Assembly (NCBI GenBank): GCA_951406725.2
Contig: OX597833.1
Span: forward strand, 33,356,001 to 33,420,000
Direction: 5' to 3'
Source of the DNA: Octopus vulgaris
Lineage: Eukaryota
Length of the DNA: 64,000 nt
The notes under the pieces are model-generated. The model saw only the letters and a list, made by a program, of their open reading frames with translations, did no database searches and was not told the DNA's origin. Below are positions 35,500 to 48,219 of the stretch, piece by piece. The stretch's first letter is position 1, and every line of letters starts with the position of its first letter. Made by a program: the position numbers and the translations under genes.

Positions 35500-38400
35500 A
35501 TCATCATCATCATCATTTAACATCCGTTGTTCATACTGGCATGGGTTGGACAGTTTGACCATGGCTGACATGCTGGAAGGTTGCACCAGACTCCAGTCTG
35601 ATTTGACATGGTTTTCTATGGCTGGACACCCTTCCTAACTCCAACCACTCTGAGAGTGTAATGGGTGCTTTTGTACATGCCACAGGTGCCATTTGCATGA
35701 CACTAGTATCTGTAATTTTGCTTGGCTTGATGGGTCTTCTTAAGCATATCTTAATGCCAAAGGTCTTGGTCATTGTCTCTGTGAAGCCCAACACTTGAAA
35801 GGAACTCAGCCACTTTGCCTCCATGAGGCCCAATACTCAAAAGTGCTCTTTACATGACATCAGCATCAGCTATGACTACGATTTCACTTGGCTTGATGGG
35901 TCTTCTCAATAGGTCACTAGTCATTGCCTCTTGTAAGGCTCAAAGTTTGATGATCATGCTGCACCACTTCATCTCATGTCTTCCTGTATCTACCTCTACC
36001 TGAAGTTCTCTCTACGGAAATCAGCACTTCTTTATGCAGCTGTCCTCATCCATATGCATCACATGACCATACCAGCACAGTTGTCTCTCTTGCACACCAC
36101 ATATGATGCCTCTTATGCCTAACTTTTCTCTCAGGATGCTTAAACTCTGTCAAACATGCACACTGACACTGCACATCCAGCAAAGCATACTGGCTTCATT
36201 TCTTTGAAGCCTACGCATGTCCTCTACTGTCACAGCCCATTTTTCACTGCTATGTAGCATAGCTGTTCACGCACAGGCATCATACAATCTGCCTTTCACT
36301 CTGAGAGAGAGGCACTTTGTTGCCAGCAGAGGTAGGAACTCCATGAACTTTTCCCAGCCTATTCTTATTCTTACAACTATGCTCTCAGAGCATCTACCTA
36401 CACTACTACCTTGGTCATCTAGAAAACAGATGCTATCTACTACATCTAGCTTGCACCCCCTGCCAGTTGATGGAGTTTATTTTCTGCACATTTTCAGCAT
36501 TTATTGTATTTGTGCACTTTCCACATACAAAAGCTAGTTTCCTCGTTAACCTTCTTTTGATATTGCTGCGCCTTTAATGTGTCCAAAGCTTACGTTGGGT
36601 GCATCTTCATGGAGTTTCTTTATACACTTTTCCTACTGATTGAGCAGGGCCTCCCACCTGAAGAGATTTGGGATCTGTCTGCTTTCCTACTTTTCAAGAC
36701 CTTGGTTTTTGCTAGGTTAAATCTAAGGCCCTTCAATTCCAGACCTTGCTTCCACACCTGAAATTTTCTCTCTTGTTCTGGTTGTAACTCAGCAATAAGA
36801 ACAAGGTCATCAGCAGAGAGGAGCTCCCAGGGGCAGCCTGCTTAAATTCTTCTGTTATTGCCTGGATGGCTATGATGGACAAAATTGGGCTGAGCACCAA
36901 TCCTTGGCAAATCTCTGCTTGTATCCTGAATTCTTCGCTGTACTCATTGCCCACCCTTACCTGACTGGTAACATCCCTGTACACAGCTTATACAGCCACT
37001 TGTCTATCCCTAGTTTCTGCATAGACCACTAGATAAGGGATCGGGGGACCTTGTCAGAGGCTTTCTCCAAGCAGTTGACTATGGTGCTGCTACACCAGTC
37101 ATTAGGTATGACTCCTTTGTGAACCACATGATTTACAATACAGGTGACTAGACCATAGCCCATACCACCAGATATTTTAAGCATCTCAGTAGTGATTCCT
37201 GATAGGCCGGGAGCTTTCCCTGTCTTCATATCCTTAATTGCTTTACCTACTAAAGAAATGTTGATTCGGGTAGCTGGTTTCCCTGTTGGGTCAACATTTG
37301 GCAGATTCTCCTCCTCCCATTCATTCTTTACATTCAGCAGTCTTTCATAATGGCACTTTGCAGAATCATTAAATGCAAGTGCACCATCATCCATGCAGAC
37401 GCATTTCTCTCTTATGACATCGCAATTTTTTCTCACTGTCTTGTAATCTGAAGCACTTTAGTTCTTTGGTCCTCACGATACTCAACATTGACAAACTTTT
37501 TTCTTTTCTGCTTCTCCCTTGGCCAGATATACATGTCTCCTAGCTTCCTTTCTGGCTAAATGATACAGTTCCCTGCTATCCTAACTCTTCCAGGCCTGTT
37601 TCTTTGTTCTAATGGCCTTGTCTACCGCATTGGTCCACCCCGACATTACCCTAGGTCTGGATGGGACTTTGCACCAGCCACAGATTTGATCTGTGGCACT
37701 CAGCAGGCTGTCCAGTAGGAATTCCCAGTTGCCCTCTATGTCATAAGTCTGTAGCTCCTCCTCACTTTCATCAAATTTCTCAATTAGGATGTCCCTAAAT
37801 CTCTGGCAGAGTATTTAAACTTTCAAATCCTTTTCCAGATTGGTCTGCTTTTTGGCATTCTTCTGGCCTGGAATCTAGAATCACTAGTGACTAGTTTATG
37901 CTGGGAGGTACAATCTTCACCAGAGAGTGTCTTTGTATTTAAGAGCAATCATGCATCCCACTGTCTAGTGATAATGTAATCGATCTGACTAGCACAGTAA
38001 CCTGATTGGTAGGTTATCAGGGGTCTGACTGGCTTCTTGAAGTTGGTGTTGCATATCAATAGGCTATTTGCATCACAGAGCTCCAGTGGCCTTGTCCCTT
38101 CATTTCAGGAACAAATTCCATGGACACCATGGAAGATACCAGTCTGCCTTCTGACATGCCCATTGAAATCACCAGCTACAAAGATGAGATCATCTTCACT
38201 TGTCTTTGAGGTAGCCTACAGAAGAATATCATAAAAGTGGTCCTTCTGTTCATTTGGTAGGCCTGCTTGTGGGGCATAGACAGAGATGATTATACTATTC
38301 TGCAAGACTAGCCTGAGCTGAAGAACTCTGTTGCATACGCTCGCTACCTCTATGACCTTATCCACCCATTTTTCAGCAAGAAATATGCTCACACCATCTA

Positions 38401-38590
38401 CCCCGTCACTGTTACCTGCCCAGAAGATTTTATACATGTGTTTTGCCTGTGAGGAACCTGGCTGAAGCTCCTCTCTACCTTACCTCTTGGATGCAGCATA
38501 TATCAACATGCCTCCATCCAAGCATCTCAACAACCTCGCTAGACTTACCTTTCAATGTGCCTGCATTGACAGAACTAACTCTGAAAATTG
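35500..38590 (-). mobile_element. Near full-length decayed RTE-LINE (APE + RT + 3' tail)
   Basis: (ATC)n tail at 35500. Fragments ISVYAPQAGLPNEQKDHFYD, KTGKAPGLSGITTEMLK and QGLVLSP. Many frameshifts and an internal RT deletion. Confidence 0.9.
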
Positions 38591-39006
38591 GGAAAGGGAC
38601 GTGGGAGAAAACATGGGAAAGAGTGATGGTATTCAGCACCTGAAAAGACGGTTTCAGTGGTCACTTGATAACAGACATGTTACATCAGTTGTTATCGCTT
38701 TAACCTATCATCATTCAAACATGTTAAAATTGTTTCCCCTTTTGGGGGTGAGTATAATGTAAGTATGTATATATGTATATATATATGTAGGTAGGTAGGT
38801 GGTTTGTTAATTTCCTAATATAAGTATCATACACATGCAGTAGTTGGTGGCAGGGAAGGAAGGACGAAGGTATGCAAATCTTGAAGTACGGAAGTGAGGC
38901 TTAGTCCTGTAAGGGTTTCCAGTTTTGAGAACAAATTTCCAGTGAAGGTGTTGGGGGAAAGAGTGGATGGGCGCATTGCAGACAAGCAATGGCCATTTTT
39001 ACTTGG

Positions 39007-39260
39007 GAACAATGACAAAAACATTATAAAGCTGGGAGAGAAAACTAATGTTTTAGGGAATAGTACATGTTAGTATTATGAGTTAGATGAATGAATGAAT
39101 GAAGTGATTGAAATGAGAGAAAATACACCTCGCCAGTTTACTAGAGAACAATGATGAAAACATTATGAAACAAGGAGAGAAAACTAAGGTTTTAGGGAAT
39201 AGTACAGGTTAGTATTATGGGTTGACTGAATGAATGAAGCAATTAAAATGAGAGGAAATT
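39007..39260. repeat. About 140-bp imperfect tandem duplication
   Basis: gaacaatga...ggagagaaaactaa.gttttagggaatagtaca.gttagtattatg...aaatgagag occurs twice. Confidence 0.75.
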
Positions 39261-39769
39261 TTTTTTAGCTTAGCTGTGCATATGTGCTAGTACCACATTA
39301 AAAGTATTGGTGCTGGTGCCACATAAAAAGCACCCAGAACACTGTAAAGTGGTTGGTGTTAGGAAGGGCATCCAGCCATAGAAATCATGCCAGAACAGAC
39401 AATGAATATGTCCAAACTATCATCCCAGTATGAGCCAATACTATGGGTTGGGAACTTAGTATTTAATAATATGGAGAACTTAAAAATCACAAGTATCTGC
39501 ACTGTCATACAATCTCATTAATGCATCAAACAATTCATCCGTATCAGATTTTTTAACCCATGCAGAGCTCTTACTGAATACAAGGATGTTTTTGCTCATG
39601 CTTGATAAAGTTCAGGTCTGTGTGGTCAATTTTGAAACCTCCTTTTGTGAACTCAGTTACCTTGTCCAGCAACAATCTCGATATCAAGGGATAAATATCC
39701 GCAATATCAAACTGAAAATCTAGCTTTATGCTTATCCTTTTAATTCCTAAATCAATCTATGACAAGGCT

Positions 39770-40510
39770 GCTATTTCTTAGTATTTCTTTTGCTCCTAAA
39801 CCTATTTCAGTTCTTGCTGGGTTTAAAAGTTTACGAGTGAACTTATTACTGAAAATGGGTTTGTTATCTTTTAAAGTTACAACAGTCTCATGTTTAGCTA
39901 AGCATTCTAACCTATCAACAATTTTACTTCATACAGAAATTTATCCTCATCGTTAATATTGTTGTATCTATCTATGTGAGCTATCCTATATTTAGTAGAA
40001 ATGATGTCATGCAGCAATTTTTCATATAGATCACTATTGACTTCAAACAGATTATTGGTCTGCTCAGAAAATATGCCCACTCCCAGTTTTAACCATTGAG
40101 ACCCTGAAGCTTGCCTTCTTGATCGAGCATGTTTGATAAACACAGTTGTTTATGAAGCCAAAGTTACAGCAGTGTTCCAAAATAACATAACTGAGAAGAA
40201 AAATTACATTGATTTATGCAAAAGCAATTCTGAAAGCCATTATGCACCCCACTAGTCTTCTTTCTAACACATTGATAAAAATAAAGCCACTAAGTTGGCT
40301 GACTATGTGTGGGATCTGAAAACCAACTGCACTCTACATACAATCAAGTGGAGAACCCTGGAAAAATTTACACCATATATAAATGGATCAAAGAGCTGCA
40401 AGATCACACATTCTTTTTTTAAGTGCAAGAATTCCACCACACTACTTAATTCCAGGTTCAAAATTTTTAGCTAATGCAAGCACATTAATAAATTTCTTTT
40501 GTCAAACTGA
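39770..40510. mobile_element. Penelope-like element relic in two opposed pieces
   Basis: Minus 39770-40070 encodes TNNLFEV...YEKLLHD...LAKHETVVTLKDNK...LLNPARTEIG. Plus 40135-40510 encodes VVYEAKV...KKNYI(D)LC...LADYVWDLK...IKW (GIY-YIG region). Confidence 0.7.
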
Positions 40511-40921
40511 AGGACATCACCCACTCCAGATCGAGTAGCTGTCTCATAGACTTTTCCCTCCTGTTATAGTATTCTGCACCAGATAAATTAACTATGATTC
40601 CTACTGTCAAAGAGGAATATCTTAGTTTGCTTGTCTTTTCTTTTCTTTCACCTCATTCTATTTTTTGCATCCTCTCTACCTATCAATTTCTATACATGGA
40701 ATGAACTGTTCTACCTAATGGAAAATAGTTACAATAGTATGTGTATAGTATAGGCATGCTGTCTGTATAATCTTGACCATTTTTAATATGGTCATGTAAG
40801 TAGATAGTGTATAAAGTGTTTGTACTTATATTTGTGTATGATAAATATTCTAAAAATATCTGTATAAAGTGTTTGTACTTATGTGTACAGACACATATTC
40901 TAAATCTTTCTATATATGAAG

Positions 40922-41228
40922 AGAGTGTATTTAGAAAAGAAAATCAAGGATGAGAGATTGTTAATAAAATGTTTAATTATACTATCCATTTCATTAGTAT
41001 AAGGTAATTGTTACATAATGCAAACTTACAAGTTACATAATCCACACTTGCTGCCTAATCATCAGAGATGTGTAATTATTACACATAATATTGTTGTAGA
41101 GAACAGGTCACATTAACTTGTAATTTCATTTGACTAATAATATTGTGCTAATGAAATATGTAAGATGGTATAGTTAAATATTTTATTAACAATCTCTCCT
41201 GTTCTGTTTTCTTTTCTAAGTATACTCT
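40922..41228. mobile_element. Foldback/MITE-like element with long imperfect inverted repeats
   Basis: agagtgtatttagaaaagaaaa...gagagattgttaataaaat is mirrored by attttattaacaatctctc...ttttcttttctaagtatactct. Confidence 0.7.
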
Positions 41229-41836
41229 GTGGAACACACAGAAGCAGACTTAACATCAAGGGATGAAATTACAATACATGAACTGAAATTCACCTGGTAT
41301 TCTTAATATTGATTATTTGTCAAACAATTTAAAGTTTAAATTACATTATATGAATATGTTAATATACACACACATACATCATTGTTCTCTTTAGGCAAGT
41401 AGATTTGCAGAATTAATGGTGCAGTGGATAAAATGTACATTTATTTAGTTATGGCCCTTGATGTTCTTGCCCACATCACATTTGTCATTCAGCCTTTTGG
41501 AGTTAATACAGTATCAGTCAAGTCTTGGGTGTTGTTTTAGTAATTTTTGTCCCTTCCCTACAAATTTTTAACCTAGATGTGAATGAAATTGTAATAGAAG
41601 TCTAAGATCATTCTTCAGCTGATCTAATTTTTGTAGGGGTTGAACAGGTCTACAGCACATCATGTTTCTTCTCCTCTTAGTATTGCATCATTATTATCTG
41701 AGCCTCAGCATCTCAGTAGATGGCCTTATCACTTCTTCCTGTGACTTCATAGGTTACCTTCCTTCAACCATCAGACCACAGCTCATTTTCATTCAGTTAT
41801 CATCTTTTGTTGGCATCACATGTCCATAACAATGAT

Positions 41837-41837
<1 letters not shown>

Positions 41838-41896
<59 letters not shown>
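41838..41896. repeat. (CT)n microsatellite
   Basis: Read directly from the sequence. Confidence 0.95.
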
Positions 41897-41904
<8 letters not shown>

Positions 41905-42925
41905 GCCTGCAACTCTCTTTAAAATGTTATGGATGCATTGGCTATTAGCATGCTTAACCCTAACCTGAAAAATAAGTTCATTTGGTCATGACTGAAATGC
42001 CTTTGACCAATGATCAGCTGGGGTTAAACAACAAAGCCAACATTATGTGTATATATGTATTGGTTGTAAATAGGTCTCCATTGGTTTCAACTATAAGTAT
42101 TTAGTTGTGTGGTCAACTGGACTGCTCATTAAATTAGTAAGTGACTGAGTTTTCCACAGGTATGTATACCCCTTAATGCAGTTGTCAAGCAGAATGGAGT
42201 GAATTACTAGTGCAATATATCCAATGGGCTTCCTGACAGTTTGCATCTGTCTAATTTCACTCAAAAGGAATAGGTCGACCCAAATCTATTGTCAAAGATA
42301 CTTGCCCAAAGCACTAAACTTTCGGACTCTACCCAGAATTTTGGGACTATGAAGCTAACTTCTTAAATCATTTTGGAATGCTATTCCCCTGTCTACCCGC
42401 TTTCATTAGTGGAATCTCTGCCCATAGAGTATAACTATGGGAAGGATTGTTGTATACTTGGCAGCAGTGTACAACACAGTCTAAATAGAATTTAAATACA
42501 ATAGCCAGAGAGAGTGAACAAAAGAAGCTAATGAAACATCTGTTTGTTAATTATTTAATACTCCCTTAAGATTTATGTCAGTTTGCTGTAAACACAGCAC
42601 ATTGAGAAGATATTTACCCTTCAGCCATTTGGCTATATAGCTGCCACCTTAAACAACAGCGTCAGGCTAACCTGACTTCTGAACAATGAAAACATTATAA
42701 AGAATAAAATGAGGGGAAAGGTGGAAACACACACTCAGAAGAAGACTGGGAAAGAAGTGAAGACTGATCTTGTGTTCCTTATGAATGAAATGATAAAGGA
42801 CTGCTGGAGAAGATCCATCCAACCTATGCAAGCAATACAATAAAGAAAATTATGTAAAATGATGAAATTGCCTTATAGCGCACATTGTTTATCAGTTTCT
42901 GAAGTTGTTTTGTAATTGTTCACAG

Positions 42926-43008
42926 AAATTAATGAAAATTGATGATTTAGAGCGTACTGGCAAGAGAGAAGATGAGACGTCTGTAGGAGATGAAGAAATG
43001 GCAAACAG
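42926..43008 (+). CDS. MPHOSPH6: MPHOSPH6 exon 4 (83 nt)
   Basis: cacag|AAA TTA ATG...AAC AG|gtaaaa. Translates KLMKIDDLERTGKREDETSVGDEEMAN(R) (conserved VxDEEMAxR). Confidence 0.94.
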
Positions 43009-43874
43009 GTAAAACTTTTCCTTATCTATTAAGGTTTGGAGATAATTCTTTTGTACATTCATAAATTGTGACTACTTCTTCACAACCATTTGTTACTATT
43101 CCCTGCTGGTATAGTGATCAATCCAATGCATTCAGTTATCAAACCATTGGTGGATAAAAGTTTCAACATGCCAACACCAGCTTTTCTGTGCTACCTATAG
43201 GTGTTCTTGTCCATGCTGGCTAATTGCTGGTTGGATGGGGTGTTCTCATAGGTGATAAGCTCTGGCATTAGCATCTATGTGGAATTTGAACTAGGAATGC
43301 AAAGCAGCAGAACAGAACAGGTATTTCATTCAACACAAAAGTTTCTACTCAGAGTTTGGTCTTAGTGGGATTTGAAATCAGAACATTCATAATAGATGGT
43401 ATAAATAACTGAGTATGTTCTGTGTTGGGCTCATTTATTTTAGATGATTGTCCTGCTCAGTCTGAATGAGCATTTACATTTTTATGGGCTAAATTCTGAA
43501 ACTTTTTAATAGATTTAACCAAGGTCAGGTCTCTTGTGCATAAATGTCATACCTCTTCCTATCTACTAAAGCCTTAATACTAGGACATTCTAGTAGTTAC
43601 ACTCAAACTAGATATATGTATGTAGTGTTGGCAGCTGTGGGGATGGTGATGGCATAAAAGTGGAAGAAATACCTGGCTGTAGTTCGAGGATCTACTTTAT
43701 ATTTCATCTGGTCTCAAGGTTGAGAAAATGTCTGTCAATTTCTTGGGTTGCTATAATTTTTCTATCTTTCCATAATTAATGGCTCTATGTAACCCGTGCT
43801 AAGATGAGAAGAGAGATGAAAAAAATGGTGATTATAGCAATGTTGGAAATCATTGTTAGCAACCTCAGTAGATA

Positions 43875-44250
43875 CAGATGTGGCTACGTTGTTAAGAAGC
43901 TTGCTTTGCAACCATGTATGTTAGTTCAGTCCTACTGCATTGCACCTTGGGTAAGTGTCTTCTATTATAGCCTAAGTTGAGCCAAGAATGAATTTGGTTG
44001 ACAAAAACAGAAAGAAGCCTGTAATTTGTATGCATATTCTTGTTTCTTTATCTTGGTATTGAAAGGTAGTTGTAAATGTCATACAAACAGTGTTATTCGT
44101 CTCCTGTTTCCTGTGAAAAATGTCTGGCCATAAGAAAATATTACCTTACTGGAAACAGTAAGGGTGTCTAGCCATAGAAAGTCTGCTTCAATAAACTCCA
44201 TCCAACCCATGCAAGCATGGAAAAGTGGATGTCAAGAATAGCAATGATGA
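43875..44250 (+). mobile_element. tRNA-derived SINE with RTE-like tail
   Basis: SINE head gtggctacgttgttaagaagcttgct...gttcagtcc, then ccatccaacccatgcaagcatggaaaagtggatgtcaa...atgatga. Confidence 0.7.
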
Positions 44251-44518
44251 ACATTACCATTACCAACAATGTCTTAAGAAAACCTCTATATAGTTATCAA
44301 CCTGCTAGAAACAGCAACCAAATCTCCCTCAAACTTCATATCTTAAATAATAAAAGAATGCATTTGATAGTGTAGTCCTAGATCCTCTTTCAAAAATGAG
44401 TTGCTCATTTTAGACTGATTAAAACAATGCTGAATGAAACAGTGAAACAATGTTGTAGAGATTTGTCAAAATAGGAAATGAGAAATTTATAAAATCTGGA
44501 ATTTTCATGGATCTCATT

Positions 44519-44738
44519 CCCTTTTGATACCATCCTGCCTGAAACCACCCTTGGGTTTATGACACAGACTCTTTGTTTCAAAGCGATTTAAATTAAAATC
44601 ACCAATTGAAATTTCATGTCAATTTATGTTCCAAACACCAGCCTAATAAGGATGTTTTTTTACTAAATTCATTGTTGTTTTCAAAATTAATTGAAACAAA
44701 AGACTGTGTATTTCAGCTGAAATATGGCAAGAGAAGGG
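44519..44738. mobile_element. Second piggyBac-type MITE family
   Basis: CCCTTTTG...AGAAGGG|TTAA ends. Related copies at about 50885-51092 and 61240-61330. Confidence 0.6.
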
Positions 44739-45561
44739 TTAACAATTTTCTTAACACTGAGCACATCAGAGATAAAGTCCCACCTTTTTTATATATATTT
44801 AGTCTGAGGAAGGGGTGGGGTAGTGTGCATGGTACTTGCAACTTGAGATTTAATGAGTTTAATGAGTTTGAACATCTACAAATCAATATGTGCATTAAAA
44901 ACATATACATAGGGAACTGGAGGTCAAATCTGAAGCTTGCAACAGTGACCACTGCTAAAAACATCTCAAGGGCTGTGTAACCTGTCTGTTCCATGTTTGC
45001 TAGACTTTTAGCCAGCTAGGCAAGGCATGGGGCCCTGTTAACTCAATGACTATTTCAGTCATAATTGAGTACTCACTAGTAAGAGAAGTGCTTCCAGCTA
45101 TAAAATGTGACTGTACCAAGGAGAGAATCTGCTAGAAATAGTGACCAAACCTTCCTCCAATTACACCAAAGTGTTTTAAGAAAGACTCATTGGTTAATGT
45201 AGTCTGGAAGCAAAAAACAGCATGTTCAGTGCTAGAATGCCTTTGATAGTTGGTAAATTTGTATGGGCTGGATTTTAAAATAATATTTAAAATCATGGAA
45301 AAGTGTTTGTCAAACTTGAGCTGATTAAAGAGCTTCTACATTTTCATACCACCAATTATAAATTCCAACTGAATACTGTCAAATCAAAGCCTACCATCAT
45401 AAAATAAAGAGGCAATTATATAAAAAACAGATTTATTAATACTGAAATGCATTTGATCATAGGATTACTGTCAAAGCTAAGTTAAGCAACATGTATAATA
45501 TAATGCAAAATAATATGTGAGCATCTTAATTATGTCTCCTTAATTACTTCTTTTTTTGCAG

Positions 45562-45691
45562 GTTCTCACAGATTGTTCACTCAGGGAATCTAAAGAGACA
45601 TGGTTATGCAGAGGATTTGTTAGCATCTAATTCTGGTCCTGTTCCTAGAAAGAGATTCAAACGAAAATTTCTAAAACCTCTTGATATATAG
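45562..45691 (+). CDS. MPHOSPH6: MPHOSPH6 exon 5 coding part (130 nt, ends in TAG)
   Basis: tttttttgcag|G TTC TCA...; FSQIVHSGNLKRHGYAEDLLASNSGPVPRKRFKRKFLKPLDI* has the conserved C-terminal FLKP. Total CDS 474 nt. Confidence 0.92.
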
Positions 45692-46044
45692 ATGTATATA
45701 TTTTTTAATTCTTTTTCAAATCTTCCATTTTTTAAAAACATATTTAAACCATGTGTGTGTGTATACACACACACATACAAATAATGATACATACCTGCAT
45801 ATATACATGCACATACATTGTCTTTTTCATTACACACTACCCTTGCACCTTATAATTAATGTGTGTGCTAATTTTGGTGTCTTATTTTAAAAGAAATTTT
45901 AGAAGAATGCCTACAACATTTATTGATAGGATGCTTGACACTAATAGTCAAAATTATAAAATTTCTTTTGACATTCAGGCAAAACTAATTTTATAAATTT
46001 GACTGTACTACACACGCACGCAATTTTTCGCCTAGTGTTGACAG

Positions 46045-46171
46045 TACATATTAGAGGGAAACCACTATGTGGACACCCTTATGCTAGAAATAGATCTGCT
46101 AAGGAATAAGACCATAGTGGATCTATTTCTAGCATAAGGGTGTCTACATAGTGGTTTCCCTCTAATATGTA
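46045..46171. repeat. 52-bp near-perfect inverted repeat, 23-nt spacer
   Basis: 46045-46096 is the reverse complement of 46120-46171 except for one G/T position. Confidence 0.95.
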
Positions 46172-46339
46172 TATAATACAATTTTACTGAACCTTCAGTT
46201 ATTTTATATGCTAGACCACTGGTGTGAAATTGATGTTAATTAAATTAATATCTAATTTCTCACCCTCATTTTTAAATTTGTATATATATATATATACATA
46301 TATATATGTATGTATGTATATTACACACATACACAAATT

Positions 46340-46908
46340 ACACCTGGTAGTGTTGACAGAATACAGACTACCTGTAGGAAGGGACCACAAATTAAACTGT
46401 ATGTAATATATACTATGTGTGTGTCCATATATACTTGCACACTCAAGTGTTCACATGCACACCCTTTATTATTAGTTCATCCAACATTGTCGACAAGGAC
46501 ATCACATGGGAGAAGAAGATGGGTCACAGTGTCTCCTGCTCTGGCCGATCAGTTCAATACATGCTCGGAAGGTTCTGCTACAGTTTGGGCACAAACGGTC
46601 AGACAAGGACTTATACAGATTGTGGGATTTTTTGTACCCCTGTAATCCTGTTCTGTTCATAAGAGGCTGAACCTCTGTTAGTGCAGCTTTGTCAAGCAGG
46701 GCAGTCTTATCTTAGACACAAAGGTCTTGGCAACATCTATGAAGGCTGCACTCTCAGAATCACTGTGGTTGGTGGCTAAGGTGATGAGAATAGCATCCTT
46801 TTCAGTGTTAGAGTCAAAGTTCCCATACTGTGGCTGAAAAGAAAGAGAGGATATTAATGTTTGGGCTACTTATGGCTCTTAAATGTTTTGTCCTCAAATG
46901 CACCCTGT
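46340..46908 (-). mobile_element. Tc1/mariner (maT-like) relic
   Basis: TA|CAGGGTG end at 46908, as in the 17793 element. Decayed HTH-like N-terminus DAILITLATNHSDSESAAFIDVAKTFVSKIR. Confidence 0.55.
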
Positions 46909-47167
46909 ATACATATACAATGAGTTTATTTCAGTTTCCGTCAGCCAAATCCACTCACTTTGCTTAGCTTAGGGCTATAGTGGAGGACACCCAACTTGCC
47001 ATGCAATGGAACTGAACCACAGATCACTTGGTTACACAGCAAACTTATCAACCACGCAGCTACATATATATATATCGATTTGTGTGTATGTGCATGTTTG
47101 ACTGCTTAATCAAGTTTGCTCCTCTTCTACATGGTTTTGGGTTCAATCCTACTTTGTGACACCTTAA

Positions 47168-47390
47168 CCCATTAAGCTACACTGTCCTATAAATAGGACA
47201 CTAAATAAGAACATTAAATAAGCTATATGACAGTGTCTCAGTGTCCTATTTATAGGACACCAAGTATTTCCATTTCTACTTGAAGTAAAGGAGTTTTAAT
47301 AATTATTTTTTTCATTTTAACCTATTTTCAATCATCTGTAAAAATTTAAAAGTAATATTCAGAAATTTAAGTATTCTGGGACTTACTTGG
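47168..47390. mobile_element. TTAA-flanked insertion inside a tRNA-SINE
   Basis: TTAA at 47164-47167 and 47391-47394. The flanks rejoin as the SINE core gacacctt..caagtgtcttctactata. Confidence 0.65.
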
Positions 47391-47582
47391 TTAAACAAGT
47401 GTCTTCTACTATAACCATGAGACAATCAAAGCCTTGGGAGTGGATTTGGTAAACAGAAACTGAAAGAAGCCCTTTGTCACTAACCTTGGCCCTGGCACTG
47501 CAATCATCTCCCTTCCACCACACCCCCACACTCTTTACATTTTTCTTGCCATTGACTACCTGCTTCCTCCACCTTCCCTTGT

Positions 47583-47584
<2 letters not shown>

Positions 47585-47619
<35 letters not shown>

Positions 47620-47860
47620 GTGTGTGTGTATGTGTATGTATGTATATATATATGTATGTATGTATATATGTATGTATATATTTATATATATATATGTATG
47701 TATGTATATATTTATATATATATATGTATGTATGTATATATATATTTATATATGTATGTATATATATATTTATATATGTATGTATATATGTATGTATGTA
47801 TATATTTATATATATATGTATATATATATATATATGTATGTATATGTATATATATGTATG
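47585..47860. repeat. Compound (TA)n/(TATG)n microsatellite
   Basis: Read directly from the sequence. Confidence 0.95.
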
Positions 47861-48130
47861 AAAGAAGCCCATTGTATATTTATATATATGTTTGTGTGTC
47901 TGTGTTAGTCCCCCCACCCGACATTGCTTGACAACCGATGGTGGTGTGTTTATGTCCCTGTAACTTAGCAGTTCGGCAAAAGAGACCGATTGAATAAGTA
48001 CTAGGCTTACAAAGAATAAATCCTGGAGTTGATTTGGTCAATTAAAGGTGGTGCTCCAGCATGGCTGCAGTCAAATGACTGATACAAGTAAAAGAGAAAG
48101 AGACATATATGTATATATATATATATATGC

Positions 48131-48165
<35 letters not shown>

Positions 48166-48219
48166 TATATATGTGTGTGTATATATATATATATGTGTGT
48201 GTGTGTGTCTGTGTATATA

